Source: Tubulanus polymorphus | Lineage: Eukaryota; Animalia; Nemertea | Reading direction: 5' to 3' | DNA: 64,000 bases | Assembly (NCBI RefSeq): GCF_964204645.1 | Contig: NC_134029.1 | Location: forward strand, 13,604,850-13,668,849 | Part shown: positions 12,350 through 23,634 of the stretch, one piece after another | How the letters are laid out: every line of letters begins with the position of its first letter | How positions within the stretch are numbered: the first letter of the stretch is position 1 | Program-made: the position numbers and the translations under genes | The notes under the pieces: generated by a model | Seen by the model: only the letters and a program-made list of their open reading frames with translations | What the model was told of the DNA's origin: nothing | Database searches by the model: none

Positions 12350-13454
12350 TTTAACACTAGACTTCATGTCCGACTAGGATAAAAGTTACATTTTCGTGGG
12401 AGTCGAGCATACTGTTTAGGCGCATCAAGGAACTCTCTCCGTTTTCAGTGAAGCTTCTAGTTGAGCCAACCACAATGGAAGGAATCACATGCAATGGAAT
12501 CCATAAAAACATTCTGGAGTGGGAATGCAAGGCCTGGAGGACATAACTCATGCTACAAGTATCGGACCAATTCTCACACAAATCTACCAGCGTTCTTTGG
12601 ATACCGGTAAACTGCCAGACGCCTGGCGTTAAGCCAATGTCACATGTGTCTTTGGGACCGCCACCCACCGGAGAAATACCGCCCAATATCATTAACATCA
12701 GTTCGCTGCAAACTACTAGAGCACATAGTATGCTGACATATGCTGTGTCACTTTAATTACCACAACAACCTATCACCACTTAACCACGGCATTAAGGCAG
12801 GATATTCGTGCGAAACCCAGCTTATCACAATGGCACACGACTTCTTCAAGCATCACAACTTTCGAAAACTAGTAGATGCCGTGGTCTTGGACTTAATTAG
12901 TAAAGCGTTTGATACTGTGCCCCACCAGGGATACTGTTTAAGCTTGAAAAGTACGGTATCTGTGGCTAGATTCATCAATGGATTAAGACATTCCTCACAG
13001 AACGAACCATGCGAGTAGTACTACTCATGTACAGAGTGTGGCGGAAGGACAACTCACTGCCCTACCGCCAGACCAGTTCTTAAGACAGTTAGTATGCTGA
13101 CATATGCTGTGTCACTTTAATTACCACAACAACCTATCACCACTTAACCACGGCATTAAGGCAAGATATTCGTGCGAAACCCAGCTTATCACAATGGCAC
13201 ACGACTTCTTCAAGCATCACAACTCTCGAAAACTAGTAGATGCCGTGGTCTTGGACTTAATTAGTAAAGCGTTTGATACTGTGCCCCACCAGGGATACTG
13301 TTTAAGCTCGAAAAGTACAGTATCTGTGGCTAGATTCATCAATGGATTAAGACATTCTTCACAGAACGAACCATGCGAGTAGTACTACTCATGTACAGAG
13401 TGTGGCGGAAGGACAACTCACTGCCCTACCGCCAGACCAGTTCTTAAGACAGTT
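12350..13454 (+). pseudogene. Degenerate CR1/jockey-type RT fragment whose 3' 364 bp are tandemly duplicated
   Basis: Frameshifted motifs YRPISLTS, SCETQLIT, VDAVVLD..KAFDTVPH; units 12727-13090 and 13091-13454 are nearly identical. Confidence 0.8.
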
Positions 13455-14775
13455 CGTAGAAGCCGCCCCACGATTCGCACAAGAAACTTGAATAAGGACT
13501 GCCAAACTGTTCTACAAGTGTCTTGTAAAAGGCTACTAACAATACATTGCAACCACGATTCTATAGCCAATGGTAGAGCAGCTAGGGGCAAAAATCGTTG
13601 TTTTCACGGTCCCCTGGTGGCAGTTGTATGAACTAATTTTGCAGGTTGGCATATTTCACACATGTCAATGTACTAATACCAAGTTTTGTGATTTTCATAA
13701 TAAACAGACAGAAAAACGATTGCTGAAATGAGTTTTCAAAATTTAGGCCCCCTAGTGGTTAAAAGTACGGAACTAATTATCCGGGGGATTCGTTGTATTT
13801 AGTAACAATTAGTATGTGTATTTTTATAGAAATCCATTTATACGATATGTTCAACATAGATGAAAATGTGTTATCCAGGATGTTGTAGGTGGCGCTACTT
13901 GAGAACCGTATGAGTTTCACAGTTATATCACACATCAATACAATCGTCTTGTAAAGGGCTACTGATCACACACTGCAACCTTGATTCTATCTCCAACGGT
14001 TAGGGAGCTAGGAGCAAAAATCTCATAAAAAAAATCTGGGGTCCCATTTTCGAGCCAAAACGGTTAATCGCAGATAGGGCGTGCCATTGACTATTTTAAC
14101 CTCCGGGCTGTCATGAACAACTTTCGCGCTCGCTCGAAGTTAAAAACCAAAAGACAAAAATTTTTCTCACAGCACTTTTTCGATGTCAGCCTAATTTTTT
14201 TCTGTGACTCTCTTCTACAAAACTTTTTTGCAGAAAAATGAAAAACAGAAAACTGTATCGGATTGAAAATTGAAACAATATCTTGCCTCCATGTTTCCTC
14301 TCCCAAAAAATTTCCAACCCCAGAATTGTTTTAACATAGTGTTATTTAGTTGCAAAAGACCAACTGTGACTGTATTTGGAAACCAACAAACCAAACGCTT
14401 TTACAGTATGGAGTTGTCTAGGTAGAAGCCTTAAGAACAATTTCTATACTATAACCAGATCTTCATGCCATCTACATTGGACGATTACAATCTTTGTTCT
14501 TCTTAGTTATTTCTCTGGGTATCTTCATCTACCATACTGATCTAATTCACCTTACAAACTTTATGTGATGTATAATCTATATCATTGTGCAAATCTTCTT
14601 ATGTATTAATATAATCAAAACAAAATGTATTCATTGACTACATCAAAGAATTTCAAAACTTTCCAAGAAGTTTATTTTTGATTTAAGTTACTTAAAACAC
14701 CTAAATCTTATGCAATAATAGATTCGTAAGAAATTTGCTCAAAAACGCTGATGATATTCCGGCAGCAGTCATTAC

Positions 14776-14946
14776 CTTGGAAGAAAATTTCTTTTCCTTA
14801 TAATATGGAGTGAGGTATTTCACAACATGATCTGCAATGAATTTGTGACCATTTGGACGAGGTTCCAGATATCGATCTTTCTTTTTAGCCTTCACATCGT
14901 TGTCTGAGTCTAATTTTTGTTTCTTCTTTGGTGGTCCTACTGATTT
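14776..14946 (-). CDS. RECQL5: RECQL5 exon, SRI domain N-half (...FIADHVVKYLTPYYKEKKFSSK)
   Basis: ag/gt-bounded 171-nt phase-0 exon; matches the RECQL5 SRI motif VVK.LTP.YKE.KF.SK. Confidence 0.9.
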
Positions 14947-15022
14947 CTGTTAGAAAAACATTGAAACAATTTCTGCAAATCATTAAGGCAATATAATAAC
15001 CAATAACCATTGCGAGGCTTAC

Positions 15023-15116
15023 CAGGTCTTCATCTTTTAGAGGACTTGCACTAGTGTCAGGAATCAAATTGTCATCGGAAAAAGTAAGAACTGGCTCTTC
15101 CAGCTGTGTTTCGGAT
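15023..15116 (-). CDS. RECQL5: RECQL5 linker exon (SETQLEEPVLTFSDDNLIPDTSASPLKDEDL)
   Basis: 94-nt exon with ttttag/gtaag sites; phases (2 in, 0 out) fit both neighbours. Confidence 0.75.
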
Positions 15117-15796
15117 CTAAAACCATATCAATAAATTCATAGAGATCAAATTACCAACTATTATGAAAGATCAAAGAATTAGCGTATAAGAGTTGAGTGT
15201 TGAGATGTTCACGTAATTTTGAAATCAGCAATTTCATGTGATAGAGAAAACTTCGTTTGGCTTAAGAAAAGAAAGAAATGTGATAGGCTGTAATTTCAGT
15301 TTCACATACTTTCCTACTTTGTTGAGTAAATTGTTTATATAGGTTATCAAAAACTCAGCAGCAGCTATCGGTCAGCAGGTCAATTACACTGGCTAACTGG
15401 ACAGTGATTGATGAACGAATGAACTAACTGCACTAACCACCTAAAGACCATGAACCAAAAGTAATTACCTCTCTTAATAGTAATAAACTTAGTACCGCAA
15501 TATCTCTATGAGACTTTATTTTATTTTTACGAATCGATGAACCAATGAATCGCTGAATTATAAGATAATCATCAGTTTTCTCCAACTAAACTCTTTTTCT
15601 CAAATTATCGTAAACCAACGTTACCAATACTTGAATTTAGAAGCGAATGCGGGCCAGAACCAACAAGGGTACCCCTTTAAGGTGCAGATATACAGGGAAT
15701 CCCTCTCATAGCGACAAACAAAATAATTTTCGATCTAAACGGCTACAGGACCCGAAGAAGTCGAATAAAATACTCTAAACCGTGTTAACTGTAGAT

Positions 15797-16018
15797 AAAT
15801 GAAGAAATTCCACAATAGAATTTTGTATCATGAAACTTATTAAAGTTGAACCACAACGTTTCGGCTGCTGACTGACAGCCATCTGACTAAAAGCCCTTCT
15901 CACTAGGAATGCCTACATTCCACCTGATGATGGCTGTTAGTCAACAGTCAAAACGTTGCGGTTTCTCCTTAACTAATTTTATCATATTTAAAATTCTATT
16001 ACGGGATTTCTTCATTCA
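15797..16018. mobile_element. Inverted pair of Penelope-like pseudo-LTR fragments with degenerate hammerhead motifs
   Basis: 15797-15883 is the reverse complement of about 15928-16018. Plus-strand copy ccacCTGATGAtggctg...cagtcAAAACgttgcgg; minus-strand copy ...cagccGAAACgttgtgg. Confidence 0.7.
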
Positions 16019-16152
16019 TGACCCCAGGGATGATCACCACAGGCTGTTACCGTAATCCAAATGAAATCTTGAATACCAAACAAAGTTTCTTCTATTAAAT
16101 TCGATCAAATATGGGCTCTCTTAGAATTTTTAAAATCCACATGAATAAAGCA

Positions 16153-17548
16153 TATTTGACAGGCTGAATCTAAGAACATGTCTATCGCACTTTTGAGCCT
16201 ACTTTTACTTAGTAGCCACTTGAGAACAATAAGCAATTAACGATATCGGCTACTTTTCCAGTAGTATACATTTCAAAACAGTCACTCTGAAATAGTATTC
16301 CTTTCAATTATGTTGGTTTTCTTTAGTGGCTGTTTCGAAGAGTCTACTATTGAAAAGTGACCATTTTGAAGTCACTTCCACTGCTAGTGTGCGCTATCGA
16401 AACCAGATGTTTCAAAATGGTCACTTTTCAATAGTAGACTCTTCGAAACAGCCACTATAGAAAACCAACCGAATTGAAAGGAATACTATTTCAGAGTGAC
16501 TGTTTTGAAATGTATACTACTGGAAAAGTAGCCGATATTGTTAATTGCTTATTGTTCTCAAGTGGCTACTAAGTAGAAGTAGACGTTTGGGCTCAAAAGT
16601 GCGATAGACATGTTCTTGGATTCAGCCTTTCATTTTGTTTAAAAAAAATCAATGATTTTGCGAAATTAGAATTCAGGGAAATTCGAACACTCCGAAATGC
16701 ACATCTTAATTTAAGATGCAAAGACATCCAAGCCCCCGTTGAAAATAAATCACCATTTCAATAATGAGAGGTTAGCCTGAATTCATGATTGTGCTTTTAA
16801 TCTAAGAATTTAAATCAAAAATAAATGCAGACCTATACTTGAAAATAGCTGCATTTGTTCAAATTGAATTCATGAAAAGAAGGAAATTTCGATTTATCTT
16901 AAAACTACATAACTATTGACAATTTGTAAACAAATTTAATTCCAATCTCGACTTTTATTGGTTAGAGTTGGGAATCGCTCATTACATTTCACATCCTCAA
17001 AGAGTATCTACAATATCTTCGGATCTTAACTGAGTCACTCTTAATGGAACTATACCCCAAACTATAGCGTGAGTAGAGTTTTCTGTATATTTATATTGTC
17101 ACGTATCACTGCAAATTTGAAGCATATGTTGCTACCGTGTATTCATAACAGGGAATCTGGCAAGCGATCTCAAAATGGTCACTTTTCAATAGTTGACTTT
17201 TAGAAACGATGTGTTTTGAGAGTAGCTGCTATGGTAGGAGTTACTATCAAAAAGTCACTGTTAACAGGCGGGTGGTTTTACAGTCATCTCTACTGCTAGT
17301 GTGCACTATCGAAACCAGATGTTTCAAAATGGTCACTTTTCAATAGTAGACTCTTCGAAACAGCTACTATAGAAAACCAACCGAATTGAAAGGAATACTA
17401 TTTCAGAGTCACTGTTTTGAAATGTATACTACTGGAAAAGTAGCTGATATCGTTAATTGCTTATTGTTCTCAAGAAGCTACTAAGTAAAAGTAGACGTTT
17501 TGGCTCATAAGTGCGATAGACATGTTCTTGGATTCAGCCTTTCAAATA
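16153..17548. mobile_element. Foldback/MITE-like element with about 210-bp inverted arms and an extra internal copy of the right arm
   Basis: 16164-16369 is inverted relative to 16412-16628 and about 17322-17548; outer ends tatttgacaggctgaatc ... gattcagcctttcaaata. Confidence 0.75.
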
Positions 17549-17549
17549 C

Positions 17550-18057
17550 CTATCTCAGGTATAAGACATCCCTTTCCAAAGAATACCCATCAGCAATTGC
17601 AATGAGAAATGGCAAACCAGTAGGAAGCTACAGGACTCAGAAATCGGGCCAAAATTGACATTTTTGGGGACTAAAAAGGTCATAGGATGGCCATCTTGAG
17701 TCCCATCGACCCAATTTTTGTTATGCTTATGGGCCCTGGGGGGATTCAAATATATTCGAAAGATCAAGGTTATTGATCAAAGGGTCTTCAAAATTTACCT
17801 CAAAAATGTATAAAAAGTGCTGATTTTGGCAAACAACAATGGCTGCCAGTCGGCAATCTTGATTCTGACAGGGCCAGTTTTTGGGCTGAAGATGTGTCTA
17901 GGGTAGATACATGTGTAACCAAAATATCAAGACATTACATTGAAGCGTCTTCAAAACTTCCCAAAATAACTGGATTCCGTCTGCTGACGGACATACGGAC
18001 GAAACGAAAAGTGAATGCAATAGCCCGCTGGGACTTAAGTCCCAAGTGGGCTAAAAA
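17550..18057 (+). repeat. Helentron/HINE-like repeat 3' end with (ACGG)-type microsatellite and terminal hairpin
   Basis: tagcccgctgggacttaagtcccaagtgggcta hairpin followed by an A-run; paralogs at about 28085-28278, 36095-36490 (minus) and 59800-60270. Confidence 0.65.
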
Positions 18058-19189
18058 TAAAAACATATACTGACTTTTTGTTCATATTGAAACTGAGCAG
18101 AGTTCTGAGCAGCTCCTATTTGCGCGGATCTCCTTATGATTAGAACTGAGCAGAATTCGAGCAGTGATTACCGAGCAGCTTGCTTTGCGCAGCGCTATAC
18201 AATTAACCCGAGCAGAATGCCTGAGCAGTATACCGAGCAGAACAATTGCTCGGTTGCGTAAGTTCCGAGCAGTCTTTTGAAAATGGGTATGTTTTATACT
18301 TGATGTGGAATTCAATACACCAGACATCAAAAATCTTTCTGAACTGACTACTTTTAAACCAAGGTTAGTTTCAGGGTCACTGGAAATAACAGACTTAGTT
18401 CAATGCAAATTAAAAACAGGGAAAAACGAAGTATGAAGGAGGAAATAGATAGATTAAGGTTGAACTTCAACGCAAAAACAAACAACAGTATTTTTTTCTG
18501 CAGTGTATAAAGCAGCCAACTTCCCCTCCTATCTATTAGGAACCATTTAGACATGGTAGCTACCCCTATTCATAATTTCAATTCCTTAAAGTTAACTGAA
18601 AAATGTTATCTCCTTTTTTATCTCCTTTTTGGTAGCCAAACTTTGCTCGACTTAAACACTAACACCAATTTCATCATTCACTCATCAAAATCAACCTGCG
18701 GAAATAGCGACTGTTTACACCTATCCCAATACCATGTGTTTTCAGCTTTCATTTCCCTCCTGCATTTCTCTGCCTCTTATTCTTTCTACTTCTTATGACA
18801 CCCTATCATTTATATTTTGTAACCTACTCATAATTGGTTATTCCTGCGTGGCAAGTATTATTTTACATCAGATTAATAACAAGATTTCATCTTGACAAAA
18901 ACAATAATACAAGGATCACTATGTCATACTTTAGCGAAGAGAAAAACAGCTACGTCAACAAAAATCACTGATGTCACATTTGTTAAGTGACGTAAATTTT
19001 ATATCAGCCAAACTATGGGGTTTTAATTGGTTCAGGATGGGACAGAGATTTGATATCAAAAGTGCATCAATCCCTTAGAGTGGTGGGTCAGAAAACACAG
19101 TGACAGCTGTATTATCAAATTGAAGAGAAATTCAGATTATTCATACATGTGTTATTTTTGGTGCTATTAGTATGTGAGCAACTACTTAC

Positions 19190-20088
19190 ACTCCAGCCAT
19201 CTTTTCAAAGAAATATGTTATCTTAGGGATTATTCTCTGTTGAACCTCATATTTGTAGTTTGTCTGTTGCACTTCTTTCTCTAATTCTTCTAAACGTTTT
19301 GACCGGTCCATCTGTGGTGGAATCAGTGTGCCATCTTTATGCATTGTTGATGGCAAAGTAAAATCCGAAAGTGAATGAGATGCCGGGGAACGACTTCTAC
19401 TTGCCGCATTATCAGATAGATCTGAATTTGCCACTGCCATGGAGTTTCCACCAGAATCGAAAAAATACTGAAGTTTTGAAACTGTTTGCGAGAAATGTTT
19501 TGTTGTATGATTATCAGTTAAAATTCGTTCAGTGAAACTATCACCAACACTACATGCAGTATCAATAACATTAAGTGCTGAAGGTTGCGGAGCCATCAAA
19601 CACTCAGTATCATTTATGCCCTGAGAAATATCAAGGGAAGTCGATGAAGCTGAATGACTCCAACTGCTGATCTCAGCTTCTGGTGATCCATTTTGTCTGC
19701 ACGATTTATTTATTTCATTGTTAGTTCCAACCACGTAAGGAGAATTTTCGGAATGTTTATCCAATGAAGGTGACAATTTTTCAGCAGTCAAAACTATGGC
19801 CCTATCCGTTTTAGTACTGAATATTGACTCTTGAACTGGTCTTTGCACGAGTGAGTTATGCAATTCACATGATGCAGTAAATTTCTTTATCTCAGCCACC
19901 TTCTTGACAATGTTATTCCGATATAAAGCCAGTATACAATTCGATCTGAATATTTCATACTCAAGTTCAATTCCACAACAATGCGGCTCATAATCCACAG
20001 ACTCCATGCGAGCAGTGTTGGCGCCATGATAGGCCGTGAAATTGTTTTTCAGCTCGCGTTCAATCATTTGCAAATAACAAACTCGTTG
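19190..20088 (-). CDS. RECQL5: RECQL5 large exon: KIX/IRI domain plus Ser-rich disordered region
   Basis: QRVCYLQMIERELKNN...IELEYEIFRSN...LYRNNIVKKVAEIK matches the RECQL5 KIX domain; ttttgtag acceptor and gtaagt donor. Confidence 0.9.
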
Positions 20089-20167
20089 CTACAAAAGACA
20101 TTAAATACTCCCAAGATTAAAATGAATTTCTTTCCTCAGTGACTAATTCTTCAGATAAGGTACACAC

Positions 20168-20269
20168 CCGAAATGATAATCCAGGAATATTCTTACTAGC
20201 TGCTAGTTTGAGAGGACAGTCATCAGGTGGAACTTCATTCTCACTGTCAAGGTTACTCACATGATCACT
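20168..20269 (-). CDS. RECQL5: RECQL5 exon (SDHVSNLDSENEVPPDDCPLKLAASKNIPGLSFR)
   Basis: 102-nt phase-0 exon matching the conserved VPPD..CPLK.A.S..IP.L motif. Confidence 0.9.
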
Positions 20270-20799
20270 CTGTAACATAATAGCACATAATACAACACAA
20301 GTTCATATCTAAACTTGATATCTTGCATCATCTGATCTTTGATTAGAGATCTGATCTACCCTATATTCGGGCCAATTAGGGGCTGGCAGTTTTTGAGCTG
20401 GAAATACATGGATTTCTTAAAGCTTCACCAATTAAGCCGAGGCCCTTTATTTATAAATTAGTTTGGGTTGATTGACGATGTGTAAGAGGTTGATAAACAC
20501 AAGCACAATGGTGATGAATCCTTGGTGGAGAGTTTAAATAATTGAAAATAAACTAGGGGTCCAGGCATACCATGCGCACTGGGGAAGTAGTTTCATATGC
20601 TCAACAATCTAACAATTTCAACATTCAACGCTCACTGGTGACCATATACAAGAACCAATGACCTTGAAATTCACTACAATCATAGAACATGTCACAAGCT
20701 ACAATTTCGCAATCGTGATAACAAAATATGCCCAAAAAAGTACCAATATAATATGGAAATACTACTATTCAATGCTCCCTGATGACCACATGGAATAAA

Positions 20800-22240
20800 C
20801 AATAATAATAATAATAATTTATTGAGCCTAAAATCCATATAAAATATGCTCATTGGCTTTACAATATAAAAACACAATTTAAACACAAAGATAAAAAAAA
20901 CAATTTACATCATTAGTTAAAAGCTTTAGTGAACAAATGGGTTTTAAGTTGCAATTTAAAAACATCAGTAGAAGGACTAGATTTAATCGCATCTGGTAAG
21001 GAGTTCCAAAGTAGTGGGGCGGAGTAAGAAAAGGGCCTGTGACCCGCAGAGACTAGATTGACACGAAGGATGACTAGAAGTGATTGACTGTTTGATCTTA
21101 ACACTCTAGAGGATGCCTTGTATTGCACTAATGATTTCAAATATTGTGGGGCCTGACCATTCAAGGATTTATAAGTAAGAATCAAGATCTTAAATTGGAT
21201 GCGGTATTTGATTGGAAGCCAATGCAGATCGTATAGAATTGGTGTTATGTGACAAAATTTTGAGTTTCGAGTCAGGATCCGGGCAGTAGAATTTTGAACT
21301 CGTTGTAATTTATCTATGTAATGTTGTCAGGGAGGCCAAAGAGTAAAGAGTTGCAATAGTCAAGGCGAGTTGTCACGAAAGCGTGAATAAGGCGTTCAGT
21401 AATTCCTTGATTCAAAAACTGTCTGATCTTACTAATGTTTCTAAGGTGATAGAAAGCTACAGAGCAAAAGTGGTTTACATGTTTTACCATGGACATGTTC
21501 TGATCAAAAATGACGCCGAGATTACGTAAGGAGTGAGATGAAGTAATTATAGCATCATCAAGATTGAGATCAATGTGCGAAGCTTAGTAAGCTGTGATGG
21601 AGAGCCAATTAGGGAGAACTCAGTTTTGTCACCGTTTGCCTGAAGAAAGTTTAAATCCATCCAATGTTTAAGTTCAGTATAGCAAAGTTGGAGTGTATTT
21701 TTGGACACCAATTCGTTAACTTTTGGTTTTATCCTGATATACAACTGTGAATCATCTGCATAAAAATGAAAATCTAAATTGAATTTCCTTATGATATCGC
21801 CAATAGGAAGAACGTAAATGGTGTACAGCAGGGGACCTAAAACAGACCCCTGCGGTACACCAAATTTGAGTAAAATGGTTCAGACTTAGAGTCACCTATA
21901 CAAACAGTTTGATAGCGATCAGTAATGTAAGATTCTAACCATTGGTAGCAAGTACCTAACAGACCAATTCGGTGTTTAACACGAGGATCATGGTCAATAG
22001 TGTCAAAGGCGCTCAAATCGAGCATAACCAGCCCAACAACCATACCCTGTTCAATTGACATCAAAATATCATTCTGAACACGTACAAGAGCAGTCTCTGT
22101 ACTACAACCTGACTTATAAGCCGACTGGTAAACCTCATGTAAACCATTATTTTGAAGATGTTGATTAAGCTGATAAGCTACTACTCGCTCCATCACTATT
22201 GATATGAAATGCAGATTAGACACTGGTCGGTAATTCTTGG
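20800..22240 (-). mobile_element. L2/Crack-like LINE 3' fragment, pseudogenised
   Basis: YRPVSNL, QSAYK...[59 protein letters not shown]; (TTA)n tail near 20800. Confidence 0.9.
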
Positions 22241-23550
22241 GACACTCAACATCACAACAATGTCCTTGAAACCCACCACAATCATAGAACATGTAGAAGA
22301 TTAATTTTAGCCATTATTTAAATCTCATGATTGAGCATTTCTGAGGGCTTTCAGCTTAATGAAACATTATAAGACTATATATTTTCTATTTCAGTCTAAC
22401 TCTATCTAGAAATCTATACTTGAAAAAAAATTTTTTCCTCAGGGGTGTGATGGGGGTAACGAAGAGGGGTCACACTGGGTTCGATCGTACAAGAATAGGC
22501 TGTTTTTTTCAGTAATTGGCCATGCGATAATATAAAGCAGACATTAACTGATCTTGGATGCCCATTTTATTAAACACGCAGTTCCTGGTCATAGATTCAT
22601 GTTTTGGGCCCCTGGGGTCACAATGAGGGTCAAAATCTCAAGGTCAGACTGCCCCTGAAATGTATGATCCTGTTTGTGTTACTGAAACCAGACTACCAGT
22701 AACTGGGGGAAGATGACATTGCTTTCAATTTCAAAACAACTGCGATGTCAATCATTACTATCTGCGGTTGCTATCTGGAAGTTATTAGGGTTTTGTTTCT
22801 TCACAGAAAACCCTATTGAGATTCGCGTGATAACTATTATTTTTTTTCCCTTTTCCACACAGTCTTTGTTAAAAGTGTAAAGGCTTCCTTACCTTACCGC
22901 TTTTGCCGATACAATTCGTATGATATCCTTCAGCTCACTCGAATCTCCAGATACTGCATAGGAATTTTGATAGATCCACGTTATAAAGCCACTGTCGAGC
23001 CGTTGACATCGGAGATTTGGCCCAGTTCCCTTAGTAGCCATGTTGTATTTTCTTTCCGAGATTTCTCTCTACTTTTTGAGGAAGAGCTATTGAATTATTC
23101 CCTCTCTTCTCCACAATCAATTTCAAAGTCAATTTATGAATTCAATGCCAAGCGGGTCCAAGTCCAAGAGTTTGCGAGTCTGGTGTTTGCGTGTCCAACA
23201 GGTTTACGGGCATTTATCTGTTACCTCTTTAAAATTTTTTATTTCTCGTTATTCTGGTTATTTTATTTAAGTATATTACTGATCTGTTCATGTAACAATA
23301 AGTGTCAATAAATAGATTTTGAATTGATCAAGTTTATTCAAGGTCGTTGAGTCGCGGGTGGCTACTAGAATTACGTTCGACAAATGACAGACAAGTATCA
23401 GGTGATTACGATAGCCTACCACGAAACACACATTTGACAAACAGTGTCAGGCCTGTGCTGGTTGGTGCGTATTGGGACTGAAATATACTGGTAGGTCAGT
23501 TGGTTCAGTTGTGAAGAGTGGAAGTTAAGATAGTTTATATAGAAGTTAAA

Positions 23551-23634
23551 ATTGGCTACTATATAATAGGCCTATAGACAAATAAATACCTACCGGTATT
23601 TATTTGTCTATAGGCCTATTATATAGTAGCCAAT
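23551..23634. repeat. Perfect 40-bp-arm palindrome with a 4-nt loop
   Basis: attggctactatataataggcctatagacaaataaatacc-tacc-ggtatttatttgtctataggcctattatatagtagccaat. Confidence 0.95.

Noticed and set aside
14776-23042. Helicase-less KIX-SRI-only gene starting at the ATG near 23042
   Set aside because: Phase-compatible upstream RECQL5 exons exist at 20168-20269, 45640-45769, 51363-51593 and 51678-51760.
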